Positions 1 through 8,220 of a stretch of 33,055 nucleotides of DNA are shown here, piece by piece. The stretch covers positions 1 to 33,055 of the forward strand of contig JAWOHE010000008.1 of the NCBI GenBank assembly GCA_046485285.1, in the 5' to 3' direction. The notes beneath the pieces were generated by a model. That model was not told the origin of the DNA. It did not search any database and saw only the letters and a list, made by a program, of their open reading frames with translations. The stretch is from a bacterium (lineage in GTDB: Bacteria; Hydrothermota; Tepidihabitantia; Tepidihabitantales; Tepidihabitantaceae). Position 1 is the stretch's first letter. Each line of letters starts with the position of its first letter. Made by a program: the position numbers and the translations under genes.

Positions 1-101
1 AGCTCGAGCATCTCGTCCCGGTCCAGCGCAGCCAGCACCTGCGCACCCGCCGACCGGACCCTTCGACTTGCGGCCGACGACCATCTGCTGTACCTTCTCA
101 C
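1..101 (-). CDS. 5' part of hypothetical protein (truncated by window start)
   Basis: Minus strand AAAGGAGA SD then GTG at 101; frame reads MRRYSRWSSAASRRVRSAGAQVLAALDRDEMLE.. and is open to the window edge. Confidence 0.45.
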   Translation of the reverse strand, partial: MRRYSRWSSAASRRVRSAGAQVLAALDRDEMLE

Positions 102-231
102 GCGGTTCTCCTTTCGTTGTTAACCCAGATGATACCATCCGGGCAGGGGAACCGCTCTCCCTAATTTCAACTAAGATCGGGACATCCTCCAAACCAGATG
201 CATAGAGCGTTCAGCGGGGAACGTAAGAGTA

Positions 232-266
232 TTGCGTACGGCGTATAGCATAGAGCGTATCGCGTG
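232..266 (+). repeat. Degenerate 7-bp tandem array (NNGCRTR x5)
   Basis: TTGCGTA CGGCGTA TAGCATA GAGCGTA TCGCGTG directly upstream of the SD of the 284 gene. Confidence 0.6.
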
Positions 267-283
267 ACACGAAAGGAGCTACA

Positions 284-1462
284 ATGCTGAAACGAGTGGT
301 CGCAGTACTGGCGGCAGTGGCCTGCGTGGCCGTTGCCCAGACCATCGTGGTCCAGGCCAAGGGCTACGGGCCGGACCGGACCCGGGCGCTCGAGGACGCG
401 AAGCGCAACGCGGTCGAACAGGCCATCGGCTCGGCCATCCAGGGATTCACCACGATGGAGAACTTCCGGGTGGTGCAGGACGTGGTGAAGAGCCGGGCCG
501 AGGGCTACATCGAGAAGTTCGAGATGGTCGGCGACCCGGTACCGTTGAGAGACCATTTCGAAGTGACCATCAAGGCCTGGGTGAGCACCTCGCCGATGGA
601 GGCGGAGGCAAGGTCGCTCTTTGGCTCGCTGGGCGGGTTCCGCATCATGGTCTTCTACGACCTCCGCAAGCCCAGGCCGGAGAGCGAGCTCGAACACTAC
701 GAATACGCCTACGCCCGCGCAAATGAGTTCCTTGCCCGAAACCGCATCCGGTACGTCGACCGGGGGACATTCGAACGGTTGATGGGAGAGGCGCGTGCGC
801 TGTTCTCGGAGCAGGAGTCCACGGTCACCTTCGCCCAGCACCTGGCCTTGCAGGCGAACGTGCCGGTGTTCATCGACCTGACCCGAGTTACGGTTTCATC
901 CCGGGAACTGGGCATCGAGTCGCCCTACAGCGGCCAGCTGACCGCGGCCGAGGCGACCGTTGACGCGAGTGCGTATAATACCAGTAGCGCTGAGGGTCTG
1001 GGTTCGGCAGTGTACAGGGGCGAGCCGGGCGTTCAGCATACCGGCGCGGACGCGGCCCGGGGTGCACTCGACGGAGCAGTGCTCGGCGCATTGGACAAGT
1101 TGCTGTACCAGATGAGCCCGATTGTTGCGGGCTGGTCGAGCACGGGCAAACCCTACCTGGTCCGATTCTTCGGGCCCTCGTACCGCACCCTGCGCGTACT
1201 GAAGGACGCGTTGAAGAGCGACTCGCGCTTCGGCGGGGAAATGGAAATAGTGTCGGCGACCGGGTACAACCAGTGGGACTTGACGTTCATATCATCCGCC
1301 GACGAACTGGCAGACGCGGTGCTCGACCATGCCGACAAGATACCCGGTCTGGCCGGACTCGACGTGCTGAGTTTCATCCGGGACCAGGTCAACTTCTGGA
1401 TACCCGGCACACCGGGCATCCCGGACGAGTACAAGGTCGAGCCGAAGCGGCTCGGGCAGTAG
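284..1462 (+). CDS. Secreted protein with FlgT-N/LPP20-like N-terminal domain and CsgG/TolB-N-like middle domain
   Basis: AAAGGAG SD; signal peptide MLKRVVAVLAAVACVAVA; motif AKGYG..RALEDAKRNAVEQAIG. Confidence 0.7.
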   Translation: MLKRVVAVLAAVACVAVAQTIVVQAKGYGPDRTRALEDAKRNAVEQAIGSAIQGFTTMENFRVVQDVVKSRAEGYIEKFEMVGDPVPLRDHFEVTIKAWVSTSPMEAEARSLFGSLGGFRIMVFYDLRKPRPESELEHYEYAYARANEFLARNRIRYVDRGTFERLMGEARALFSEQESTVTFAQHLALQANVPVFIDLTRVTVSSRELGIESPYSGQLTAAEATVDASAYNTSSAEGLGSAVYRGEPGVQHTGADAARGALDGAVLGALDKLLYQMSPIVAGWSSTGKPYLVRFFGPSYRTLRVLKDALKSDSRFGGEMEIVSATGYNQWDLTFISSADELADAVLDHADKIPGLAGLDVLSFIRDQVNFWIPGTPGIPDEYKVEPKRLGQ

Positions 1463-1471
1463 GAGAAGAGC

Positions 1472-2008
1472 ATGCGTGTTACTTTGTGGCTGTTAGCGGG
1501 ACTGGTGTTCTCTGCGGGTTGCTCGCCGAAGTATGTCCACGAGGGCCAGATATCGCCCGCGTTCGACACGCGACAGAGCTATGACGTGGCGATAATGCCG
1601 TTTCTGGTGCGCGGTCTGCGCGCGCCCGGCGGGTTTGAGCGGGATATTGCCTACGACTACCTGGCTAGGACGATGATGGGAACCGGCAAGCTGATGCCGC
1701 AGGACGGGTTCGCGGTGCGCGACCTGGTCAAGAAGGAGACCTTCGGCCAGATGGACGGCATCGACCCGGTGAAGGCGCGGGCCTTGGGCAAGAAGCTGGG
1801 GGCGGACCTTGTGTGCCTGGCCGAGTTGAGCTTCGAGCAGATCGAGCCCAAGGTAGTGCTCATTGCCACGGTCAAGCTTCACTCGGTGGACTCGCCGACG
1901 ATTCTCTACTCCGGACTGGGCCGCTCGGCCAACCCGCTTTCGCTCAACGCTGCCGCCGAGGGCGCGCTTGGCCTCGCCACAAAGAAGCTCATCGAGGCAA
2001 TGCGCTAG
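1472..2008 (+). CDS. Lipoprotein, CsgG/LpoB/TolB-N-like fold
   Basis: Lipobox FSAGC; VAIMPF…ARALGKKLGADLV; 9 nt after the upstream stop, AGGAG SD. Confidence 0.7.
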   Translation: MRVTLWLLAGLVFSAGCSPKYVHEGQISPAFDTRQSYDVAIMPFLVRGLRAPGGFERDIAYDYLARTMMGTGKLMPQDGFAVRDLVKKETFGQMDGIDPVKARALGKKLGADLVCLAELSFEQIEPKVVLIATVKLHSVDSPTILYSGLGRSANPLSLNAAAEGALGLATKKLIEAMR

Positions 2009-2122
2009 GACAGCCGATACGCGATAGCGCCTGAACAGCCCAGGCTCCGGCAACGCCCCGCGACACCGGGCGCGTGTCGACTGCCGGGTCTCGGCCGGGC
2101 GCGGCCCGGGGCGGTGCGCTGG

Positions 2123-3088
2123 TCAGAGGCCCAGGCCGCAGCAACCGCCGCGGGAGCCGAGGCCGCCCTGGCGGCCGTAGACGAGGTTGAGGGACAGCGC
2201 CGGGCCACTGCCCTTGCCGGTGATGATGAGGTAGCGCAGGTCAGCCAGCAGGTGGAAGTCGTAGGTCCTGAAGAAGACGTAGCCGACGCCGGGCGCGATG
2301 GCGAACCCGGGTCCGCTATTCTTGAGGCTGTCGTCGAACCAGAGGCCGACGCCGACGGCAGCGCCGAAGTATGGAGAGGCGTCGGTCCGGGAGAAGGTCT
2401 TGTACATCCCGATTGTCAGCGGCATCGCGAGGCCGGCGCCAAACGAGAGGCCGTAGCGGGCCTCGGCGAAGTAGTCCGGGGTCTCGTAGATGCCGAGCGT
2501 GCTGTAGCCCCACTGCATCCGGGTCCGGGTGCCGACGAGCGGCAGGAGTCCGCCGACACCGCCGCCGCCGCCGGCGTAGCTCTTGCGCCGGGTTCCGCCC
2601 CTTTCGACTTCGGGCTCGGTCAGTTTCTCGATCTCGAGCCGCGAGCCGGCGGGTTCCCGGGTGGCCACCGCCCGGGCCAGGCGACCGAGGACGATGTCGA
2701 GTTCGGTCTGGCTGGTCGTGGCAAGCCGGTCCTGGAACTCGACCGCGCCGCCGGCAACGTCGATGAGCTGGACCGCACCGATTGTCTGCGTGCCGAGCCG
2801 GCTGAGACTGCCGATGACCGCCTTCGCGGCGCCGACCCGGCCGGCCGCTTCCTGCGCCTCGGCGATGCCGGTGACAGGCCGGTCGGCACCCAGCGCCGAA
2901 ACCATGTCGTCAGCGGTCGCGACGGCGTAGACGCCGGTCCTGGCCAGTTCTTCACGGAACACCGTCGTGGCGACCATCGCGGTCACCGAGTCCACCCCGA
3001 TGCCCTGGAATCCGAACACCGCGACCCCGGGCGCGGCGCTCGCGAGGCTCACGGACAGCAGGACCAGTAACAGAGCCGACTTCCCCAT
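2123..3088 (-). CDS. Secreted CsgG/TolB-N-like domain fused to a probable outer-membrane beta-barrel-like C-terminal domain
   Basis: GGAGG SD; signal peptide; VAVFGF…AGRVGAAKAVIGSLSRLG; C-terminal alternating aromatic strands (SPYFGAAVGVG, PGVGYVFF). Confidence 0.7.
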   Translation of the reverse strand: MGKSALLLVLLSVSLASAAPGVAVFGFQGIGVDSVTAMVATTVFREELARTGVYAVATADDMVSALGADRPVTGIAEAQEAAGRVGAAKAVIGSLSRLGTQTIGAVQLIDVAGGAVEFQDRLATTSQTELDIVLGRLARAVATREPAGSRLEIEKLTEPEVERGGTRRKSYAGGGGGVGGLLPLVGTRTRMQWGYSTLGIYETPDYFAEARYGLSFGAGLAMPLTIGMYKTFSRTDASPYFGAAVGVGLWFDDSLKNSGPGFAIAPGVGYVFFRTYDFHLLADLRYLIITGKGSGPALSLNLVYGRQGGLGSRGGCCGLGL

Positions 3089-3211
3089 GGCTCAACCTCC
3101 GGTTCGTTCCCGCTTCAGCACCTGAGGCAGGATATCGTCCGCTCTCGGCCGGTGCCGCCTTCAGAGGCTCGTTGCCAGCGTCCGCGCTGGCGCGACCTTC
3201 CCCTGTGCTTC

Positions 3212-3241
3212 AGTATACTGCCGCCCGGGCGGCGCTGTCAA
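3212..3241 (-). promoter_or_regulatory. Sigma70-like promoter for the 3088 gene
   Basis: TTGACA-18-TATACT on the minus strand. Confidence 0.6.
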
Positions 3242-3277
3242 GAGGGCAGCCGGGGCACGGCAGGAGCCGGGCGCTGG

Positions 3278-3562
3278 TCAGCAGGCCGGGCGGAGGTTGC
3301 GCAGGACGAGGATGGCGCCGATGACGACGAAGAGGACGCCGGCGCCGAGGCCGACCCACCGCGCAGGGAGACAGCGGGCGAGCAGGCTGCCGACCAGCGT
3401 CGCGATGAGCGAGGTCGCGACGAGCGCAAGCGCACTGCCGAGGAAGACGCTCCAGAATGAGCGGTTGGCGGCCGAGAAGGCGAGCGTCGCGAGCTGGGTC
3501 TTGTCGCCGAGCTCGGCGAGGAACACGGTCCCGAAGGTGACGAGCAGCAATCTCCAGTTCAT
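3278..3562 (-). CDS. TMEM165/GDT1 (UPF0016) family protein, single-domain; putative Ca2+/Mn2+ transporter
   Basis: Signature FLAELGDKTQL; 3 TM segments; AAAGGA SD. Confidence 0.9.
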   Translation of the reverse strand: MNWRLLLVTFGTVFLAELGDKTQLATLAFSAANRSFWSVFLGSALALVATSLIATLVGSLLARCLPARWVGLGAGVLFVVIGAILVLRNLRPAC

Positions 3563-3589
3563 CGCAGGTGTCCTTTCCGGTGTCCGGTC

Positions 3590-3617
3590 AGGATAGGGCG
3601 CGGCCGGCCGGGGTCAA
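3590..3617 (-). promoter_or_regulatory. Sigma70-like promoter for the TMEM165 gene
   Basis: TTGACC-16-TATCCT. Confidence 0.55.
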
Positions 3618-3621
3618 ACGG

Positions 3622-4554
3622 TCAGGGACAGAACTGCACTGCCCGGCGCAGTTCCGCCTCGGCCAGTCCCTCGCGCCAGTAGAAGTAGCGGTCGTGGCCG
3701 CCGGCAATCGGCCGGTTGGCCAGCACGCATGGTCTGCCGCCGGCTTCGAGGGCGTGGACGACGACCGGGCCGAGGTAGCCGCCGCTGAGGTCGGCGAGGT
3801 CGCGCATCGCCTCGGCGCACGCCGCGTCGACCGCGAGCCCGGCCCCGAGGTGCTGGACGAGCGAGCGCGCGGTCCCGGCCCGGATGGTCATCTCGCCGAC
3901 GTGGGTGCAGCCGCAGGCGCCGAACCGGCTGTCGGCGTAGATGCCGGCGCCGACAATCGGCGAGTCGCCGAGCCGGCCCGGGTAGCGGTAGGCCCAGCCC
4001 GACGTGCTCGCGCCGGCGGCGATGCCGCCCCGGCGGTCGCGGGCGAGGACGATGACCGTGCCCCGGGTGTTGAGGGTCCGGGCCGCGGTCCAGGCGTGTT
4101 CGGCGAGCGGGCCGTCGGCGAGCCTCGCGATGGCGTCGGCCGGGACGTTCCGGCGGAGCCAGTCCGCGTGCGCCTGCTTCGCCTCCGGCGTCAGCAGGTT
4201 GGCCGGCTCGGCCCCGATTTCGCGGGCGAACCGGGCCGCGCCGTCGCCGACCAGCATCACGTGGGGCAGGCGCGTCATCACCTGCCGGGCGACCGATATC
4301 GCGTGCAGAAAGCCTTCGAGCGCGCCGACCGAGCCGGCCTCGCGGGTGTCGCCGTCGATTATCGCCGCGTCGCCCTGCATCCGGCCGAGGAGGTCGGGCG
4401 TGCCGCCCCGGCCGACCGAGCGCACCGCCGGGTCGGCCTCGGCCCGCCTTATGCAGGCCTCGACCGCGTCGAGCGCAGGCTGGCCGGACGCGAGCGATTC
4501 CCGGGCCGCGTCGAGCCCGGGCCGGCCTTCGTAGTTGGTGAGGAACGCCGCCAC
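3622..4554 (-). CDS. Isoaspartyl peptidase / N(4)-(beta-N-acetylglucosaminyl)-L-asparaginase (Asparaginase_2, Ntn hydrolase)
   Basis: ALDAVE, SVGRGG, DAAIIDG, nucleophile RG|TV, GASTSG, PGRLGDSPIVGAG; start reassigned to GTG 4554 because the longer ORF overlaps the opposite gene. Confidence 0.9.
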   Translation of the reverse strand: MAAFLTNYEGRPGLDAARESLASGQPALDAVEACIRRAEADPAVRSVGRGGTPDLLGRMQGDAAIIDGDTREAGSVGALEGFLHAISVARQVMTRLPHVMLVGDGAARFAREIGAEPANLLTPEAKQAHADWLRRNVPADAIARLADGPLAEHAWTAARTLNTRGTVIVLARDRRGGIAAGASTSGWAYRYPGRLGDSPIVGAGIYADSRFGACGCTHVGEMTIRAGTARSLVQHLGAGLAVDAACAEAMRDLADLSGGYLGPVVVHALEAGGRPCVLANRPIAGGHDRYFYWREGLAEAELRRAVQFCP

Positions 4555-4561
4555 GCCGGAG

Positions 4562-4626
4562 AATCTAGCCGGCCCGACGCGGCGGTCAAACGTCCGGATT
4601 GACCGGCGGCGCGTCGCGGCGACAAT
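4562..4626. promoter_or_regulatory. Back-to-back divergent sigma70-like promoters
   Basis: Minus: TTGACC(4589-4584)-16-TAGATT(4567-4562), with GTG 7 nt later (leaderless). Plus: TTGACC(4599-4604)-16-GACAAT(4621-4626). Confidence 0.6.
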
Positions 4627-4651
4627 TTCAGGTGAGCAAAGGAGCGCTATC

Positions 4652-6118
4652 GTGAGAATCCTTGTCTTCCTGCTGTTGCTGGCCGGCGCCGCGCGCGCGG
4701 AGATGCTGGTCGCGGTGCGCGAGGTCCGGCCCGGCGACGAGGTCGCGGTCCTCCGGGCGGTCGAGGGCGCGGTGCTGTGCCGCGCCGCCGAAGCGCCGGC
4801 CGGGGCGGTCGTGCTCGACCCGGTCTTCCGGCCCGGCCGGTACTTCCTCGTGCCCCACACCCGGCTCAACCCGCCGGGCGCGCCGGGGGCGGTGCTCTGG
4901 GACGACGCGCGCCAGGCCGTGGTCCGGCTGAGCGAGGACGAGGCGCGGGCCGCGCAGGACGCCGGCTGGCTGCTCGCCGCCCTGCCGCGGCGCGGCTTCG
5001 CCCCGGCCGCGCAGCCGCCCGCGCGACTCGACTTCGCGCCGGATTCGATGGTCGGCCGGCTTACCGCGCTGGTGTCGCTCGACACGCTGATGGCGGACAT
5101 CCGGCGGCTCCAGGACTTCGGCACCCGCTATAGCTACGCGCCCGAGTGCGAGGCCGCCGGGCGCTGGCTGGCCGACGAGTTCCGGGGGCTGGGCTGGGAG
5201 GTCGCGCTGGACACGTACTACATCCAGTCGACGCGGTGCATCAACGTCGAGGCGACCCGGCCCGGGCTCGAGCCGGACAGCGCCATCGTCATTGCCTGCG
5301 CGCACTACGACTCCTACACCCCGCAGGGGATGACCAGCGCGCCGGGTGCGGACGACAACGCAACCGGGACGGCGATCCTGCTCGAGCTGGCGCGGGTCCT
5401 CAACGAGTACCGGTTCCAGCGGACAGTCAAGCTCCTCGCGTTCTCGGGCGAGGAGCAGTGGATGAAGGGCTCCTACCACTGGGTGGACTCGGTCGCGGTG
5501 CCGCAGGGGCTCGCGATCGAGGTTGCATTCAACGTCGACATGGTCGGCTACGTCGGCGAGGACGTGAACGACGTCGTCATCAACACCGACGTCGCGTCAC
5601 GGCCGTTCGCGGTCCTGGCCGAGTCGGTCAACAACTGGTACGACATCAACCTCAGCCTGCTCAACTACCTCGACCCGGACTGCTACGGCGACAACACGCC
5701 GTTCTGGGAGGCGGGCTACCGGTCGACGTTCGCGCTCGAGGACTCGGAGTGGGGCATCTGGAACGGCTCAAACCCGCACTACCACACGACCCACGACACG
5801 GTCGGCATCCTGACGCCGGCGGTCGTGCACGGGGTCGGCCGGCTGACCGCGGCCTCGGTCGCGACGGTCGCGGTGCCGGTCGAGCCGACCGCGCTCGCCG
5901 AGCCGCCGGCGCGGCCGGACTACCTGCCCGCCGGCGGCACGCTGGTCTTCAGCCGCGAGTTCGTCCTGCCCGGGCGCTGGGATGCGTTCAGCGCCGCGGG
6001 CCGGCGCGTCGCCTCGGGCGCGGCGGAGGATTTAGGGCCGGCGCTGGCGCCCGGGGTGTACTACCTGAGGCCGGGCGACGGTGCGGGGCCGGCCCGGCGG
6101 GTGCTCAAACTCCACTAG
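4652..6118 (+). CDS. M28 family metallopeptidase, secreted, with T9SS-like C-terminal tail
   Basis: AAAGGAG SD + GTG 4652; signal MRILVFLLLLAGAARA; CAHYDS, PGADDNATG, FSGEEQ, NVDMVG, YHTTHD; tail LAPGVYYLR. Confidence 0.9.
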   Translation: MRILVFLLLLAGAARAEMLVAVREVRPGDEVAVLRAVEGAVLCRAAEAPAGAVVLDPVFRPGRYFLVPHTRLNPPGAPGAVLWDDARQAVVRLSEDEARAAQDAGWLLAALPRRGFAPAAQPPARLDFAPDSMVGRLTALVSLDTLMADIRRLQDFGTRYSYAPECEAAGRWLADEFRGLGWEVALDTYYIQSTRCINVEATRPGLEPDSAIVIACAHYDSYTPQGMTSAPGADDNATGTAILLELARVLNEYRFQRTVKLLAFSGEEQWMKGSYHWVDSVAVPQGLAIEVAFNVDMVGYVGEDVNDVVINTDVASRPFAVLAESVNNWYDINLSLLNYLDPDCYGDNTPFWEAGYRSTFALEDSEWGIWNGSNPHYHTTHDTVGILTPAVVHGVGRLTAASVATVAVPVEPTALAEPPARPDYLPAGGTLVFSREFVLPGRWDAFSAAGRRVASGAAEDLGPALAPGVYYLRPGDGAGPARRVLKLH

Positions 6119-6139
6119 CCCCGGCGCGGCGCACAAGAG

Positions 6140-6165
6140 CGGGGGGCGGCTTGCGCCGCCCCCCG
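6140..6165. terminator. GC hairpin between convergent genes (putative bidirectional terminator)
   Basis: CGGGGGGCGGC-TTGC-GCCGCCCCCCG, 11-bp stem; no U-tract. Confidence 0.55.
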
Positions 6166-6185
6166 AGTTGCCGCCCTGAATCCGC

Positions 6186-8171
6186 CTAGCGCTGGACCAC
6201 GAGCTTCCGGGTCGCGGTGAAGCCGGCCGCCTCGACGGTCACGAGGTAGACGCCCGCGCCGAGCCGGTCGAGGTCGAGGCTCGCCGCACCGGCCCGGGCC
6301 CGGCCGAGGCCGCGGCTCAGGACGGTCCTCCCGGCCGCGTCACAGACCCTGACCGTCGCCGGGCCGGCCGCGGGCAGGTTGTAGTGCAGGGTCGCGACCC
6401 GGCCCGCGAGCGGGTTCGGGGCGACCGAGACGAAGACCGGCTCGGCCGGCGCCGCGCCGGACATGGCGCCCGCGCGCCCGGGCCGCGCCGCGAGCGCCAC
6501 CGGCGGGACGATGTAGCGCCAGAGCTCGCGGGTCTTGTTGCCCTTGAGCGCGTAGAACCCCTCGCCCGCGGCGACGATGTCGCCGCCCGCCTTCACCCGC
6601 TTCTTCTTGCCGGTCGAGCCGAAGGCCGGTATCGTGTCGTACTCGCTCCAGCGAAGCGAGTCGAGGCTGAACCGCCAGAATTCCTGGGTGTTGCCGCCCT
6701 TGAGCGCCCAGAGCGCGCCGTCGGCGAGCGCGGCCGAGCTGCCGTCCTTGGCCTTCTTGCTCTTGCCCATCATCCCGGCGAGCGGCATCCCGGGCATCGG
6801 CGCCGTGCTCCATGCCAGTGAGTCGGCGAGGAACCGCCAGAGCTCGTGGTACTTCGCCTTGTGGGCGTAGATGTGGAAGATGCCCTCCTGCTGGCGGCGG
6901 CGGGCGACGAGCCAGGAGCCCTTGTCCCAGCGCGGCTTGCCGCCGGCCGGCGCGGCCGGCATCAGCTCCCAGTCGAGCACCGCGTCGTCGGGGTTGAAGC
7001 GCATGAAGTCGGTCTGCTTACCCTTGAGGAGGTAGAGGTACTCCGGGGTCTGGCCGGTGCCGGCCTTCATCGCGACGAGGTCGGAACCGGACTTGACCTT
7101 GCTTCCGGAGGTGCCGAGCGGGACGTCGCGGAGCTGCTGCCAGGCGAAGACCATCTCGTCGGTGTCGAACCGCCAGAACTCCTGGGTGTTGTTGCCCTTG
7201 ACGAGGTAGATGTAGCGGCCGTCGACGAGGCCAGCGGCGCCCTTGCCGACGCCCTTGCCGCTCGGTCCGTTCGGGACCGGCGGGAGCTCGGTCCAGGTGT
7301 TGGCGGTGACGTTGTAGGAGTAGAACTCGCCGACCTTGTAGCCCTTGGTCGCGTAGAGGATGTCGCCGCCGTCCATCAGCAGGCCGCCGTCCTTGACCGC
7401 CCGGCCCGCCGGGCCGGTGGGCATCGGCGCGACCTCGACCCAGCCCGGCGGCAGGCCGGCCCCGGTCGTGAAGCTCCAGATTTCCGAGGGCGTCGTGCCG
7501 GTCGAGTCCTTGGCGATGACCTGCCAGTAGTAGGTCTGGTTGCCGGCGAGGTTCCGCACCTCGTGCTCGAGCGCGACGAGGTCGCGCGCGACCCGGGTAA
7601 CGGGCGGCGTCGCGACATCGAGGTAGACGTCGTAGTTGTCCGCGCCCTCGGACGCCTCCCATTCGAGGAGCAGGGTCCGGGGCTGGTCGACCGCGCCGTT
7701 GGGCGGCGCGAGCAGGTTGAACGGGCCGGGCGCGGGCAGGTGGACGGCGAAGGCGTCCGGGCCGGCCGCGTCGTCGGCCGGGTTGACGCCGCCGGACAGC
7801 TTCGCCGGCGCGCCGACCGCGCAGCCGCCGTCCGGGTCAGCCGCGACGGATGGGTTCTGCCAAGCGTCGACGCTGTCGAGCAGGACCTCGACATCCTGCC
7901 GGCCCGCACCGGTCTTCGCCCGGTGGTCGACGTGGTAGTTGCCACTCGACTCGGGCCGGCCGCGCCAGATGACGTGGACGTTGCCGTTGTCGTCGGTGGA
8001 GATGGTCGGCTGGAATGGGTAGCCCACGTAGTCGCCGTACCCCGGCGTCTCGTAGAGCGGCGTCGGGCTATCCCAGGTCGCGGCGAGCGCGGCGCCCGGG
8101 ACGACAAACACGAATGCGATGATGGCTGTGACGAGGGCCATCAGGTCGACACGAACATGGCTGCGGAACAT
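6186..8171 (-). CDS. Secreted FN3 + Kelch-like beta-propeller protein with T9SS type A-like CTD
   Basis: AAGGAGG SD; signal peptide; FN3-like (YYWQVIAKD…WSFTT); repeats YxxKGxNTxEFWRY/F; CTD PNP…DAAGRTV…GVYLV…TRKLVVQR. Confidence 0.85.
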   Translation of the reverse strand: MFRSHVRVDLMALVTAIIAFVFVVPGAALAATWDSPTPLYETPGYGDYVGYPFQPTISTDDNGNVHVIWRGRPESSGNYHVDHRAKTGAGRQDVEVLLDSVDAWQNPSVAADPDGGCAVGAPAKLSGGVNPADDAAGPDAFAVHLPAPGPFNLLAPPNGAVDQPRTLLLEWEASEGADNYDVYLDVATPPVTRVARDLVALEHEVRNLAGNQTYYWQVIAKDSTGTTPSEIWSFTTGAGLPPGWVEVAPMPTGPAGRAVKDGGLLMDGGDILYATKGYKVGEFYSYNVTANTWTELPPVPNGPSGKGVGKGAAGLVDGRYIYLVKGNNTQEFWRFDTDEMVFAWQQLRDVPLGTSGSKVKSGSDLVAMKAGTGQTPEYLYLLKGKQTDFMRFNPDDAVLDWELMPAAPAGGKPRWDKGSWLVARRRQQEGIFHIYAHKAKYHELWRFLADSLAWSTAPMPGMPLAGMMGKSKKAKDGSSAALADGALWALKGGNTQEFWRFSLDSLRWSEYDTIPAFGSTGKKKRVKAGGDIVAAGEGFYALKGNKTRELWRYIVPPVALAARPGRAGAMSGAAPAEPVFVSVAPNPLAGRVATLHYNLPAAGPATVRVCDAAGRTVLSRGLGRARAGAASLDLDRLGAGVYLVTVEAAGFTATRKLVVQR

Positions 8172-8220
8172 GCTGCCTCCTTGTGGTCACGGCGTCCACC
8201 CGGCGCGGGGCCGGGCAGAG

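Noticed and set aside
3563-3621. yybP-ykoY Mn riboswitch expected upstream of TMEM165
   Set aside because: Only ~20 nt between the promoter and the start; no motif present
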